Translations under genes and position numbers: made by a program
Notes under the pieces: generated by a model
The model's database searches: none
What the model saw: the letters and a program-made list of their open reading frames with translations, nothing else
What the model was told of the DNA's origin: nothing
Origin: Patescibacteria group bacterium
GTDB taxonomy: Bacteria; Patescibacteriota; JABMPQ01; JAHIRA01
DNA: 64,000 bases
Reading direction: 5' to 3'
NCBI GenBank assembly: GCA_018818205.1
Contig: JAHISJ010000023.1
Coordinates: forward strand, 173,428 to 237,427
Part shown: positions 28,123 to 38,405 of the stretch, one piece after another
Layout: every line of letters begins with the position of its first letter
How positions within the stretch are numbered: the stretch's first letter is position 1

Positions 28123-29295
28123 ATGCACAAGACACCTCTCTCCTTTCACCTCATGGCTAAACCAACTGGAGCTGACTGCAACTTACGTTGCGATTATTGT
28201 TATTTTCTTCCAAAGAAAAAACTGTCTCCAAAGACAGAACGAATGTCAGACAAGATCTTGGAAGAGTACGTTAAGCAGTTAATAGAATCACATAACGTAC
28301 CTTCTGTTACTGTTGCATGGCAAGGAGGAGAACCAACGTTAATGGGTCTTGAGTTCTACAAGCGTGCAACAAAGCTTGTAGAAAAATACAAAAAGTCTGG
28401 AACGCATATAGAGCACACCATTCAAACCAACGGAACACTCCTTGATGATGAATGGTGTGCTTTTTTTAGAGAAAATAACTATTTGGTGGGTATAAGCCTT
28501 GATGGCCCACCTGAATTTCATGATACGTTTCGTAAAAACAAGGTTGGCGATTCAGTGTATGATCAAGTCATGAAGGGGATAGCGCTTCTACAAAAACATA
28601 CTGTCGAGTTTAACGTACTTACTACGGTTAATGCAGCTAATGTTAAACATCCTCTAAAACTATACTCTTTTCTCAGAGATGACTTAAAAATAAAATTCAT
28701 CCATTTTATTCCTGTAGTCGAGACGGGAAAGGACCGTCAAAATGTCAAAGAGTTTTCGCTAAAACCAGGTGAGTATGGAGATTTTCTGAATAGTATTTTT
28801 GACGAATGGATACAGAAAGACGTAGGGGAGGTCTTTGTCCAAATGTTTGACACTGCTTTAGCCTCATGGGCAGGAGCACCACAAACTGCATGCGTTTTTG
28901 CACCAACATGCGGTACTGCGCTCATTATGATGCCAGATGGTGCAGTTTATTCATGTGATCATTTTGCTGATTCCAACCACTGTCTTGGCACTATTTCAAA
29001 AACACACCTATCAGAATTGGTCAGCTCAGAAAAACAAAGACTCTTTGGAGAGTCAAAGCAAACGACGTTGCCGGAAGAATGCAAAGAATGTGCCTATCTT
29101 TTTGCCTGTCAGGGCGGGTGTCCAAAGAATAGATTTGTACATACGAAGAATAACTCAGAGAGTAAAAACTATTTGTGCAGCGACTATAAAGCTTTTTTTG
29201 AGCATATTGACACACCTATGCAAAAAATGACGTCACTTCTCAGACAAGGACGCGCACCAGCAGAAATAATGGAAAATATACATACTAATAAATGA
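28123..29295 (+). CDS. Anaerobic sulfatase-maturating enzyme (radical SAM/SPASM, anSME)
   Basis: Radical SAM CxxxCxxC in GADCNLRCDYCYF at the N-terminus. A C-terminal Cys-rich SPASM region (CVFAPTCGTA...CDHF...CKECAYLFACQGGCPKN). Directly upstream of a sulfatase gene. Confidence 0.8.
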   Translation: MHKTPLSFHLMAKPTGADCNLRCDYCYFLPKKKLSPKTERMSDKILEEYVKQLIESHNVPSVTVAWQGGEPTLMGLEFYKRATKLVEKYKKSGTHIEHTIQTNGTLLDDEWCAFFRENNYLVGISLDGPPEFHDTFRKNKVGDSVYDQVMKGIALLQKHTVEFNVLTTVNAANVKHPLKLYSFLRDDLKIKFIHFIPVVETGKDRQNVKEFSLKPGEYGDFLNSIFDEWIQKDVGEVFVQMFDTALASWAGAPQTACVFAPTCGTALIMMPDGAVYSCDHFADSNHCLGTISKTHLSELVSSEKQRLFGESKQTTLPEECKECAYLFACQGGCPKNRFVHTKNNSESKNYLCSDYKAFFEHIDTPMQKMTSLLRQGRAPAEIMENIHTNK

Positions 29296-29373
29296 ATATT
29301 TGCTATATTTATATATAACATCATTAACTACTCTATGCATATCTGAGGATTATAAACACTAAATAAAAAACGC

Positions 29374-31728
29374 ATGCCAAAAAAGAAATTCAAAGGAACT
29401 ATCAATGTTGATGTTAGAGATTCTGTGCCAGATTGGGGTCCGTATGAACAACCAAGTTCAAAAAAAGGCTCTCCAAATATCTTGTACATCGTCTTGGATG
29501 ATGTAGGCTTTTCTGCTTTGTCTTGCTACGGAGGGCTTATTGATACACCGAATATAGACAAGCTGGCAAAGAACGGATTGCAGTATACACAGTGGCATAC
29601 GACAGCACTGTGCTCACCAACACGCTCAAGTTTACTCACTGGAAGGAATCATACCACCAACGGTATGGCATGTATTGCTGAGGCTACTACGGGGTTTCCT
29701 GGCTCAAATGGTCACATCCCTTTTGAATCAGCTCTTATTCCAGAGGTGCTGGTTGAAAAAGGATACAACACCTATATGCTTGGTAAATGGCATCTATGTC
29801 CATCGGATGAAATGAACCTTGCTTCCACAAAGCGTAATTGGCCACTGGGAAGAGGATTTGAGAGATATTATGGCTTTTTAGGAGGAGAAACCAATCAATA
29901 TTATCCTGATCTTATTTATGATAATCACCCAGTAGCACAACCCAAGCTCCCTAAAGATGGGTATCATTTTACGGAGGATATTACCAACAAGGCAATGGAG
30001 TTTATTGGTGATTCTAAGGTTATAGCTCCTGATAAGCCCTTTTTTATGTATTTTTGTCCAGGTGCTGCACATGCACCACACCAGGTCCCAAAAAAATGGA
30101 TAGAAAAATACAAAGGTGCATTTGATATGGGATATGAAAAATATCGAGAAGTTATTTTAGCACGTCAAAAGAAAATGGGGGTTTTGCCTAAAAATACAAA
30201 ACTACCTCCAATCAACCCAATCGGCACTCCCGGGAAAACTAAGAATGAAGAAGGTAAACCATTTCCAGAGCTCGACTACACAAGACCGTGGAAATCACTT
30301 TCTAATGGTGAGAAGAAACTTTTTGCTCGCATGGCTGAAGTCTATGCTGGCTTTTTATCTCACACAGATCACCATATTGGACGTTTGATGGAATTCTTAA
30401 AGAAAACGAAGCAGTTTGACAATACCATTACTGTGCTCGTTTCAGATAATGGTGCTAGTGGTGAGGGCGGCCCCAATGGTTCAGTCAATGAGAACAAATT
30501 CTTTAATGGTATCCCTGATGACCTTGAGGAAAACCTTGAAAAACTTGATGACCTAGGAAGTCCAAAGACCTACAATCACTACACAAATGGGTGGGCTATG
30601 GCTTTTAACACCCCATTTAAAATGTTCAAACGATACGCTTGGAACGGAGGAATCAGTGATGCGTGTATCTTCCATTGGCCAAAAGGAATTAAGAAAAAAG
30701 GAAAGAGAGATCAATACCACCATGCAATTGATGTTGTCCCAACTATATACGAATGTTTGGGTATTGAAATGCCCGATGAAGTTAAGGGCTATACGCAAGT
30801 TCCTATTGAGGGGACTAGCATGAAGTATTCTTTTGATGCTCCAAAAGAGGAAACACATAGAGAAACACAGTTTTACTCCATGCTTGGCAGCAGAGGGATC
30901 TACCATAAAGGGCTAAAGGCAGTAACAACTCACCCATGCATAGCAGGGTGGGGACATTTTGAAAATGACATATGGGAACTTTACAATCTTGAAAAAGATA
31001 GGTCTGAAGTAAATAACCTTGCAAATAAGCATCCAAAGGAGCTCGAGAAACTTAAAATGCTCTGGTATTCTGAAGCAGGAAAATACAACGCTTTACCACT
31101 TGATGATCGTACTGCATTGGAAATCATGCTTACACCTAGGCCAGAGATGGTAAAATCGAGAAATCGATACATTTATTACCCCAACATGGCTGAAGTAGTT
31201 GAATTTGCTTCAGTGAATATAAGAAATCGTTCTTATGTTATTGGTTCAGAAATAATGGTTGATTCAAAAAACCCTTCTGGCATAATCTTCTCTATGGGAA
31301 GCAAATTTGGCGGTCACACACTCTATGTAAAAAATAGAAGATTAAAATACGTCTATAATTTTGTTGGCTCATTAGAGCAAGTAGTTGAGTCTAATCTAGA
31401 TATCCCAGAAGGAAATGTTATTTTAGGTGCATCATTTAGAAAAAAATCAGAAAAGCCCAAAGGCACAGCACATGGCACACTTTCTCTCTATATAAATAAA
31501 AAGAAGGTTGGTGAAGGTGATATAAAAACCCAACCGGGTTCTTTTGGTCTTTCCGGAGGCGGGGTAATAGTAGGAAGATGTGACAAAGAATCTGTCACCG
31601 ATGACTACGAAGGCGAGAGACCATGGACATTTACTGGAGGCACCATCAGATACGTCGCATTTGATGTAAGTGGAAAGCCCTTTGTAGATCTTCAAAAAGA
31701 AGCTGAGCTGCTTATGAAAAGACAGTAG
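29374..31728 (+). CDS. Arylsulfatase-family (formylglycine-dependent) sulfatase with C-terminal extension
   Basis: Sulfatase signature CSPTRSSLLTGR (C-x-P-x-R), a metal-binding LYIVLDDVGFS block, and the downstream GKWHLC motif. 784 aa. Confidence 0.85.
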   Translation: MPKKKFKGTINVDVRDSVPDWGPYEQPSSKKGSPNILYIVLDDVGFSALSCYGGLIDTPNIDKLAKNGLQYTQWHTTALCSPTRSSLLTGRNHTTNGMACIAEATTGFPGSNGHIPFESALIPEVLVEKGYNTYMLGKWHLCPSDEMNLASTKRNWPLGRGFERYYGFLGGETNQYYPDLIYDNHPVAQPKLPKDGYHFTEDITNKAMEFIGDSKVIAPDKPFFMYFCPGAAHAPHQVPKKWIEKYKGAFDMGYEKYREVILARQKKMGVLPKNTKLPPINPIGTPGKTKNEEGKPFPELDYTRPWKSLSNGEKKLFARMAEVYAGFLSHTDHHIGRLMEFLKKTKQFDNTITVLVSDNGASGEGGPNGSVNENKFFNGIPDDLEENLEKLDDLGSPKTYNHYTNGWAMAFNTPFKMFKRYAWNGGISDACIFHWPKGIKKKGKRDQYHHAIDVVPTIYECLGIEMPDEVKGYTQVPIEGTSMKYSFDAPKEETHRETQFYSMLGSRGIYHKGLKAVTTHPCIAGWGHFENDIWELYNLEKDRSEVNNLANKHPKELEKLKMLWYSEAGKYNALPLDDRTALEIMLTPRPEMVKSRNRYIYYPNMAEVVEFASVNIRNRSYVIGSEIMVDSKNPSGIIFSMGSKFGGHTLYVKNRRLKYVYNFVGSLEQVVESNLDIPEGNVILGASFRKKSEKPKGTAHGTLSLYINKKKVGEGDIKTQPGSFGLSGGGVIVGRCDKESVTDDYEGERPWTFTGGTIRYVAFDVSGKPFVDLQKEAELLMKRQ

Positions 31729-31740
31729 AAAAAAACAAAA

Positions 31741-32418
31741 ATGATCTCTACAGTAAGTGGAATCTTACCAATGGCAATTGGTGTAGCGATAAGTCCCGTG
31801 CCGATTATTGCGGTAATTTTGATGCTTTTCTCAAAAAAAGCCAAAAGTAATAGTTTGTTGTTTTTATTGGGATGGATCGTTGGTCTAATGCTATCTGGGG
31901 GGATTATTTTGATCCTAGGCAACTCACTTGATATTGCAACAAACAAAGAAACATCAACTGGCGCGTTGCTTGTAAAACTTCTCCTTGGTGTATTGCTTCT
32001 CTTTTTGGCGATCAAACAGTGGAAGAGTAGACCAAAAGAAGGCAAGGATCTCGCCATGCCTAAATGGATGAAATCGATTGATTCTTTTTCATCTACTAAA
32101 GCTTTTGGACTCGCATTTTTACTTTCTGCAGTAAACCCAAAGAATCTTGCGCTTACGCTTGCCGCTGCTTTCGCAATTGCTCAATCAGGACTGACAACTT
32201 CAAGTCAAACAATCGTTCTTGCCATATTCATAGTACTCGCGAGCATCACTGTTGGAATCCCTGTGTTGATAAATTTAGTTGCAGGGAGTAGAGTAGAGAA
32301 TATGTTAACCACCTGGAAAGCATGGCTTACGCACAATAACGCCACGGTCATGTTTATTTTACTTCTTATTTTTGGAATAAGTTTGGTAAGTCAAAGTGTA
32401 CAAGCATTAACACGATAA
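31741..32418 (+). CDS. Cysteine-less polytopic membrane protein (possibly DsbD-superfamily Gap/Sap-like or an exporter)
   Basis: 225 aa with 6-7 hydrophobic helices. An N-terminal AISPVPIIAVILML motif is reminiscent of the DsbD/CcdA fold without the cysteines. It lies immediately after the sulfatase. Confidence 0.4.
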   Translation: MISTVSGILPMAIGVAISPVPIIAVILMLFSKKAKSNSLLFLLGWIVGLMLSGGIILILGNSLDIATNKETSTGALLVKLLLGVLLLFLAIKQWKSRPKEGKDLAMPKWMKSIDSFSSTKAFGLAFLLSAVNPKNLALTLAAAFAIAQSGLTTSSQTIVLAIFIVLASITVGIPVLINLVAGSRVENMLTTWKAWLTHNNATVMFILLLIFGISLVSQSVQALTR

Positions 32419-32680
32419 CAAGCAAAAGAATGAAACAAAAAAACATAAAAAAGATAGCAGTCTGGACCGGTCTTGCAGGATTGATTAAGCATAAAGAGTC
32501 TAAAATGGAGTAAAGCACCAAACATAATAAAATCCTTTGAAGATAAGGCTAATTTGGGGTACAATTGAAACGTTGCACGTAGATCATTATGAATAATAAT
32601 TAAATCGGTGTTGGCATTGGTGTGTGTATCGGTATAGAATGAATCTGCCGAAGAAAATTTGATCCATATCGTTAGCAAAT

Positions 32681-33082
32681 ATGCTCTATATAAAAAAAAC
32701 AGGTACACTCATTAGGCATACGTTATCAGCTCCACTAATATTTTCTGTGTTTATTCCTTTAGTGATTTTTGATGTATGGGTAGAGTTGTATCATCGCATT
32801 TGTTTTCCATTGTATAGAATTCCGACTATAAAAAGAGGAAACTACATTAAAATTGATAGGCAAAAACTTGCATATCTCACGCCACTTCAAAAAGTATATT
32901 GTGTGTATTGCGGATACGCAAATGGTGCAGTGCATTATTGGTCAAAAATAGCTGCGGAAACTGAACATTACTGGTGTGGCATTCAACATAAAAAAAGCAA
33001 GGGATATGTTCAGCAGAAACATCAAAAAGATTTTGCAAAGTATGGTGATGAGAAGAAATTTAGAAAAAAATATTATGATTGA
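32681..33082 (+). CDS. Hypothetical protein with N-terminal TM and Cys/His-containing C-terminal region
   Basis: 133-aa ORF with YCVYCGYANGAVHYW...HYWCGIQH. No family assignment possible. Confidence 0.3.
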   Translation: MLYIKKTGTLIRHTLSAPLIFSVFIPLVIFDVWVELYHRICFPLYRIPTIKRGNYIKIDRQKLAYLTPLQKVYCVYCGYANGAVHYWSKIAAETEHYWCGIQHKKSKGYVQQKHQKDFAKYGDEKKFRKKYYD

Positions 33083-33147
33083 ACCTGTGTAGCAAATCAT
33101 TTTTAGAATGTATCATGCACTGCGTCGTTCTAGATTAACCACGATTT

Positions 33148-33825
33148 ATGGAAATAACAATCCTTAACAAAAAAATTTCACTCGAAGTAATCATTGGTAA
33201 TATTTTCCGATTGTTTTTTGTTGGCATTGTTATTGGAAGCATTATTAACCAGAATTGGTTTAACTTGTTTACCGCCATACTTGCACTAGCTCTTACATAT
33301 CTTCCTTTCTTTATTGCACAAAAAAAGAGAATATATATTCCAGCCTCTTTTCAGGTTGTTATTCTCGCCTTTATCTTTGCTGCAATGTATCTTGGCGAGC
33401 TTTATCAATACTACGACAAGTTTTGGTGGTGGGATCTTATGCTGCACTCACTTTCTGGAGTAATACTGGGATTTGTTGGCTTTATCTTAGTGTATGTTTT
33501 AAACAGAGAAAAAAGGGTTAAGGTCATTTTAAGCCCCCTTTTTGTAGCCTTTTTTTCCATTTCATTTGCAGTCACCGTCGGCGTGCTCTGGGAAATATTT
33601 GAGTTTTCTGCAGATGAAATTTTTGGATTAAATTCACAGCGGTGGACTAGAACAGGGGTGGTTGATACTATGTGGGACCTCATTGTTGACTTTTTTGGAG
33701 GACTGCTCATTGGTATTTTGGGTTATTTCTACCTCACAAAAAATCAACCCTCATTTTTTAAAAGAGCAGTGAAAGTTTTTATTGATACAAATAAAGAGCT
33801 TTTCTCAAAGAGAAGAAAAAAATAA
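33148..33825 (+). CDS. Polytopic membrane protein
   Basis: 225 aa with 5-6 hydrophobic helices. Basic C-terminal tail. Confidence 0.4.
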   Translation: MEITILNKKISLEVIIGNIFRLFFVGIVIGSIINQNWFNLFTAILALALTYLPFFIAQKKRIYIPASFQVVILAFIFAAMYLGELYQYYDKFWWWDLMLHSLSGVILGFVGFILVYVLNREKRVKVILSPLFVAFFSISFAVTVGVLWEIFEFSADEIFGLNSQRWTRTGVVDTMWDLIVDFFGGLLIGILGYFYLTKNQPSFFKRAVKVFIDTNKELFSKRRKK

Positions 33826-33841
33826 CTAACACTAAAAAGCA

Positions 33842-34444
33842 ATGACTAAAAAAAGTCTCATAGCACTTATCATCGTGATTGTACTTATCGTACTTGCCGG
33901 AGTTGCAGGCAGTATCGTGTACTTTTTCACGAAAGGTCCAGATCTTGCACAATTTGAACATTTAAAGGCCCCGCAAATCACTAATAGACCAGATGAGCAA
34001 GTTATTGCAGTTAAGCTAGAGGGTGTTCCCGGCGATGTAGCTGGACAGGCAATTAGTGATCTCTATAAAATTTACTATCAACTTGATGTAGACAAAAACA
34101 CGCCAGTGGCACCAAAAGCAAGGTGGAAGAACTTCAAAGAGGGAGAAGAAACACTTGCAGGTGAATTTGCGTTAACGGTACCTACATCTGTTTCATCTAT
34201 CCCAGAAAATGCAAACGGAGAGCTGGTGATGTGGGATTATGGAGATACTGCCGAAATACTGCATGTTGGCTCGTACGACGCTGAAGATGAGACAATAGAA
34301 AAACTGAAGCAGTACATAAACAATGAAGGATATGAAATAGTAGGTGATCACGAAGAGGAATACATTAAAGGCCCCGGGATGTTCTTTGAAGGAAATCCAG
34401 ATAAATACTACACAATAATCCGCTATCAAGTGAAGAAAAAGTAA
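33842..34444 (+). CDS. Signal-anchored hypothetical protein
   Basis: N-terminal TM/signal LIALIIVIVLIVLAGVAGSIV followed by an acidic soluble domain. Confidence 0.4.
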   Translation: MTKKSLIALIIVIVLIVLAGVAGSIVYFFTKGPDLAQFEHLKAPQITNRPDEQVIAVKLEGVPGDVAGQAISDLYKIYYQLDVDKNTPVAPKARWKNFKEGEETLAGEFALTVPTSVSSIPENANGELVMWDYGDTAEILHVGSYDAEDETIEKLKQYINNEGYEIVGDHEEEYIKGPGMFFEGNPDKYYTIIRYQVKKK

Positions 34445-34510
34445 TTCGGACTTATCCACTCTAAATTATTGTTATGAGTTTAGATATAAAAAATAGTAAT
34501 CGAGAAACAT

Positions 34511-34912
34511 ATGCCACGCGTAACACACTTTGAAATTTTAGCCGATGATCCGGATCGTGCAGTAAAATTTTATCAGGAAGTTTTTGATTGGAAATTTGAA
34601 AAATGGGATGGACCCATGGATTACTGGATGGTTATGACCGGTGAAGGCCCAGGAATCGACGGTGGTCTTTCTAAAAGACAAGCACCAATCGAATGTAAAG
34701 GAATTAGAGCTTTTGTCTGCACTGTTGACGTAGATGATATTGATAATTACATAGAAAAGGCAAAAAATGCTGGTGGAAGCATTGCTTCAGAAAAACAAGC
34801 CATTCCTAGTGTTGGTTATATGGCGCAGGTTGAAGACTCAGAAGGCAACGTATTTGGGCTTATGCAAGAAGACAAATCAATTCCAATGCCTGAAGGAGCT
34901 ATGCCGGAGTAA
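34511..34912 (+). CDS. VOC-family (glyoxalase/bleomycin-resistance fold) protein
   Basis: 133 aa. N-terminus VTHFEILADDPDRAVKFYQEVFDWKF is typical of the VOC beta-alpha-beta-beta-beta module. Confidence 0.7.
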   Translation: MPRVTHFEILADDPDRAVKFYQEVFDWKFEKWDGPMDYWMVMTGEGPGIDGGLSKRQAPIECKGIRAFVCTVDVDDIDNYIEKAKNAGGSIASEKQAIPSVGYMAQVEDSEGNVFGLMQEDKSIPMPEGAMPE

Positions 34913-34928
34913 AATAGTACAAAGAAAA

Positions 34929-34961
34929 AAAGCCCGCTCTTTCTCAAGATGCGGGCTTTTG
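34929..34961. terminator. Bidirectional Rho-independent terminator between convergent genes
   Basis: aaaaaaagcccgc-tctttctcaagat-gcgggctttt: a 7-bp GC-rich stem flanked by an A-run and a T-run. Confidence 0.6.
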
Positions 34962-34986
34962 GTTCAACTGTTAATAAGTACAAAGC

Positions 34987-35697
34987 TTAATATGTCCAGA
35001 CATGGTAACCAGTCTCATGTTCAACAATACGTGGGCGAATAGCAAATTCAAGAATCTGTGCAACTTTTTGGACAAGCCGTTGCAACTTCTGTAAATCTTT
35101 GTCACGGATAAATTCAAGGTTAGGAAGGCTTTCAAAAAGATTTGCAAGTGCTCGAACCTTTTTCCCTGGCTTCCCTTCAAGTCTTGATTCAATGGCGCTA
35201 CAACCATACCCAATTCCGTGGCTTTCAGCAATAAACACCGCGAGTGCAACAATACCAGTTTGTTCAAAAGGAATACCTTGCATAATTCTCGGAAACACTG
35301 CTTTTGCAAACGCATCAACATCTTCTAGCATCATGCCTGGATAATGCTCTTCTCTAAGTCTGTTAATCCAGATATCAATCCCTGCTTGCGCAATTTCAAC
35401 TTCTTTAAATCTCATAGAATGATCGACTTGAGACTCATGCGCCGGGTTAAACATAACACCAGAGAATAACGGGTCAATCCTCTCTGCAAATAATGCATGT
35501 ACAATTTCATGGGCAACGTCAAATAAATTTTGTCCAAGCATGGGACGTGTGTTAATCAAAATTTCATGCAATGGGCTTCTGCCTGCAAAACTTACAATCT
35601 GACATCCTCTAATTCCCGGATGTACTTTAACAGTAACATCCCACTTAATTCCAAATGTTTTTATAAATTCTTCTACAATTTTTTGCAATTCTTTCAC
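34987..35697 (-). CDS. Putative zinc metallopeptidase (HExxH)
   Basis: 236 aa with VAHEIVHALFAE (HExxH) and a downstream acidic residue. Confidence 0.45.
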   Translation of the reverse strand: MKELQKIVEEFIKTFGIKWDVTVKVHPGIRGCQIVSFAGRSPLHEILINTRPMLGQNLFDVAHEIVHALFAERIDPLFSGVMFNPAHESQVDHSMRFKEVEIAQAGIDIWINRLREEHYPGMMLEDVDAFAKAVFPRIMQGIPFEQTGIVALAVFIAESHGIGYGCSAIESRLEGKPGKKVRALANLFESLPNLEFIRDKDLQKLQRLVQKVAQILEFAIRPRIVEHETGYHVWTY

Positions 35698-35844
35698 AAT
35701 TTCCTCCTAAAATAAAAATCAAAAATAAAGCTTAGAATTATACATTAACTCAATCAGTATGTCAACACTCTATGCATAAATATTGTTGTCTATTGAGTGT
35801 GACTTTGCTACTATTCGTTTAATAGAAATAATCTAGCGTAAAGA

Positions 35845-36870
35845 ATGCCTCTCACATCAAAGGAAAATAAAATTTGGAGCTCAATCGTTGTTGCTTCGGA
35901 TAACGATCCTGATAAGCCAGAATTTCCGCCGAGCAATCCTCACTGGCCTTCAACCCCAGTGAGAAAAATTGATGTTCCGGGATTTAAAAACGTTTATTTA
36001 AAGGATGAAAGTGTAAACCCAACGGGGACTCACAAAGACAGGATGGCATGGGAAATGGTTGTAACATACAAACAGCTTCTGGAAGCCAAAAAACAAGGTC
36101 GCATTTTAGAGCTTCCGCAAATGTCTATAATAAGCTCAGGTTCTGCAGCAAATGCCATACAGCATATGCTTGCACGGTACAAATTACCGAACTTAAAAGT
36201 CCTTGTTGACTTCAGGATGAATCCCAAGATCAAAAAGGGGTTGGAAGCAATCGGTGCTGAAATATATGAAACTGACCTTTCAAAAAGAATACTCTCTAAA
36301 GATGACATTCTAACGCTTACCGACAATAAAGGTGGTATAGATATTACTTCTGACGACTCGCTTGGACCGTTTGATGTGTTTTATGACTGGATGAGTTATG
36401 ATATTGTCAATCAAAATGCAGATTATGTCTTTGTTCCGTATGGTACCGGTCATTTGTATGAAAATCTAGTCAATGTAGCCGTCAAAGAGGCAAAAAGTTT
36501 CTTTTTCCATGACAAACGCCTCAGTGTTGATCCAAACGATATTAAGCAATGTAACTTTCTTGGCGCTACAACTAACAATCCGGAGACGAAGGCAGATAAA
36601 CTTTACTCACCGCATTTACCCTTTATTCACTTTGATACCAGATGGATTACAGTCGCGATAAGTAGGGGATATATTGGTGAGAAATCAAACGTATTAACCG
36701 TTCAAGAACGATACCTTGATGAAGCATATGCTATTGCAAAAGAAAACAATGTCACTTGTGAACATTCAGGCATTGCGGGGCTTGCGCTTATGCTTCAGCT
36801 TAAAAATAAACTTCCTAAGGAAAAAAAGATGCTCATTGTAAATACAGGCAAAGCAAACTATTCTAATTAA
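35845..36870 (+). CDS. PLP-dependent enzyme of the tryptophan-synthase-beta superfamily (fold type II)
   Basis: Lys-containing motif NPTGTHKDRMA corresponds to the NPTGSFKDR Schiff-base lysine block of threonine/cysteine-synthase-like enzymes. A Gly-rich PLP-phosphate loop lies later (GTGHL). Confidence 0.6.
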   Translation: MPLTSKENKIWSSIVVASDNDPDKPEFPPSNPHWPSTPVRKIDVPGFKNVYLKDESVNPTGTHKDRMAWEMVVTYKQLLEAKKQGRILELPQMSIISSGSAANAIQHMLARYKLPNLKVLVDFRMNPKIKKGLEAIGAEIYETDLSKRILSKDDILTLTDNKGGIDITSDDSLGPFDVFYDWMSYDIVNQNADYVFVPYGTGHLYENLVNVAVKEAKSFFFHDKRLSVDPNDIKQCNFLGATTNNPETKADKLYSPHLPFIHFDTRWITVAISRGYIGEKSNVLTVQERYLDEAYAIAKENNVTCEHSGIAGLALMLQLKNKLPKEKKMLIVNTGKANYSN

Positions 36871-36932
36871 CAATTGCCAAACAATATATAAAACCGTTAC
36901 AATAGAGACAAGAAAAACTAACGTAAAATTTA

Positions 36933-37277
36933 ATGAACCAAGGACTAAAAAAAACAATTGTCTCCTTTCACATTAGTGCGATTCTTTATTTTATGGTCGC
37001 GGTGTTATTTCTCATTCTATTCATAGTATTTCTTGGACAAGGGGATGAAAGCACCGCTATTGCCTTTCCGATGCTCCTTGGTGTTGTTCTTTCTATTGCC
37101 GTTGGCATTTTTTTAGAGTTTGTTATTAGCGCTTTAAAAAAACAAAAATATTGGGCATGGATAGCCGGGATTGTCATCTCGATTATCTTTATTCCCTCAG
37201 CATTCATTATCCTCGGAATTGTTGCGCTTATTGGTCTTCTTGATGAAAACACTAGAAAAGCCTTTGAAAAAAAATAA
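36933..37277 (+). CDS. Small membrane protein
   Basis: 114 aa with three hydrophobic helices. Confidence 0.35.
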   Translation: MNQGLKKTIVSFHISAILYFMVAVLFLILFIVFLGQGDESTAIAFPMLLGVVLSIAVGIFLEFVISALKKQKYWAWIAGIVISIIFIPSAFIILGIVALIGLLDENTRKAFEKK

Positions 37278-37306
37278 TCCTTTATTGATAACAGTAACAT
37301 AAAGAT

Positions 37307-37669
37307 ATGATTACATTCAGCACTCTCTTTCCACTACTTATAAAAATCCCAACAGTCATTGCATGGATAGTAGGCATTATCCTTGCAGTGAAATACAAAA
37401 AAGAATTAAAAACTGCGTCAAGGCTTACTTTTATTGCTCTAACTATTGCTCTTGCAGCATATGCTACTGAAGTAATTTTGCATGTCACAACACTGCAAAG
37501 CTACTACAATGGAGATGTTGATGCAACGTATCTTTCCAATATCAATCTTACTCTCCAACTCATTGGATCAGTCACCTCTGTTGCCGTATTTACCATACTT
37601 ATCATTGCCGTTTTTTCATGTGGGAAGGCTAAGCTAAGCAAAAGAACCCCTGATGAAAAAGAAGACTAA
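37307..37669 (+). CDS. Small membrane protein
   Basis: 120 aa with three hydrophobic helices. Confidence 0.35.
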   Translation: MITFSTLFPLLIKIPTVIAWIVGIILAVKYKKELKTASRLTFIALTIALAAYATEVILHVTTLQSYYNGDVDATYLSNINLTLQLIGSVTSVAVFTILIIAVFSCGKAKLSKRTPDEKED

Positions 37670-37684
37670 TCAAAAGAGGATACT

Positions 37685-38344
37685 ATGAATATGCGAACAA
37701 AAAACGCACTGTACTTTGAGAATATTGATTGGACGGTAAATAAAGTTGGAGAGGAGGTTAGAACAGGGCTCGAGCTGTTAAATTCTATTGATTCAAAAAT
37801 CATTACCTTTTTTGGGTCGCATAAAATGAAGCCCGGAAATACATACTATGAGGATGCAAAGACATTTGCAAGAAAGCTTGGTGAAAAAGGGGATGCAATA
37901 ATGACCGGAGGAGGACCGGGACTTATGGAAGCGGCAAATGCCGGTGCAAAAGAAGCCGGCGCGGAATCTATTGGTATCCAAGCATCACTACTTACTGAAG
38001 AACAAGTTGCAGATGAAAATTTTACACAGAAACTTCCCATTCATTTTCTTTTTGTCAGACGATTTTTACTCGCAATAAAAAGTGATGCGCTTGTTTTTTA
38101 TCCAGGAGGTTATGGAACACTAAACGAGCTCTTTGAGTACGCAACACTCATACAAACTGAGATGGTTGATGAAGTCCCAATTATTTGTGTCAATAAGGAC
38201 TACTATCAAGGGCTCTTTGATTGGCTAAAAAACAACCCCCTCAAAGAAGGATATCTCAAGCATTATATGACTGATCTAAAACTCATTCGGTATGTAGAAG
38301 ATCACATGGAAGCTCTTGAAATACTCGATAAGGAACTAAAGTAG
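37685..38344 (+). CDS. LOG-family (TIGR00730, lysine-decarboxylase-like / cytokinin riboside 5'-monophosphate phosphoribohydrolase) protein
   Basis: IITFFGSHK ... MTGGGPGLMEAANAGA ... PGGYGTLNELFE motifs are characteristic of the LOG/SLOG Rossmann fold. Confidence 0.75.
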   Translation: MNMRTKNALYFENIDWTVNKVGEEVRTGLELLNSIDSKIITFFGSHKMKPGNTYYEDAKTFARKLGEKGDAIMTGGGPGLMEAANAGAKEAGAESIGIQASLLTEEQVADENFTQKLPIHFLFVRRFLLAIKSDALVFYPGGYGTLNELFEYATLIQTEMVDEVPIICVNKDYYQGLFDWLKNNPLKEGYLKHYMTDLKLIRYVEDHMEALEILDKELK

Positions 38345-38367
38345 TCTCAATAAAAAATATACATAAA

Positions 38368-38392
38368 AAAAGCCCCGCAAGGGGCTTTTTAT
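38368..38392. terminator. Bidirectional Rho-independent terminator
   Basis: aaaaaaagccccgcaaggggcttttt: a 6-bp GC stem with a 4-nt loop, flanked by A- and T-runs, between convergent genes. Confidence 0.6.
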
Positions 38393-38405
38393 GAAAGATT
38401 AAGTG

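Noticed and set aside
32391-32708. 105-aa minus-strand ORF in the 260-bp gap after the DsbD-like membrane gene
   Set aside because: It runs antisense to an intergenic region and the start of gene 32681-33082. The composition is Leu/Phe/Tyr-rich, typical of an AT-rich non-coding frame.
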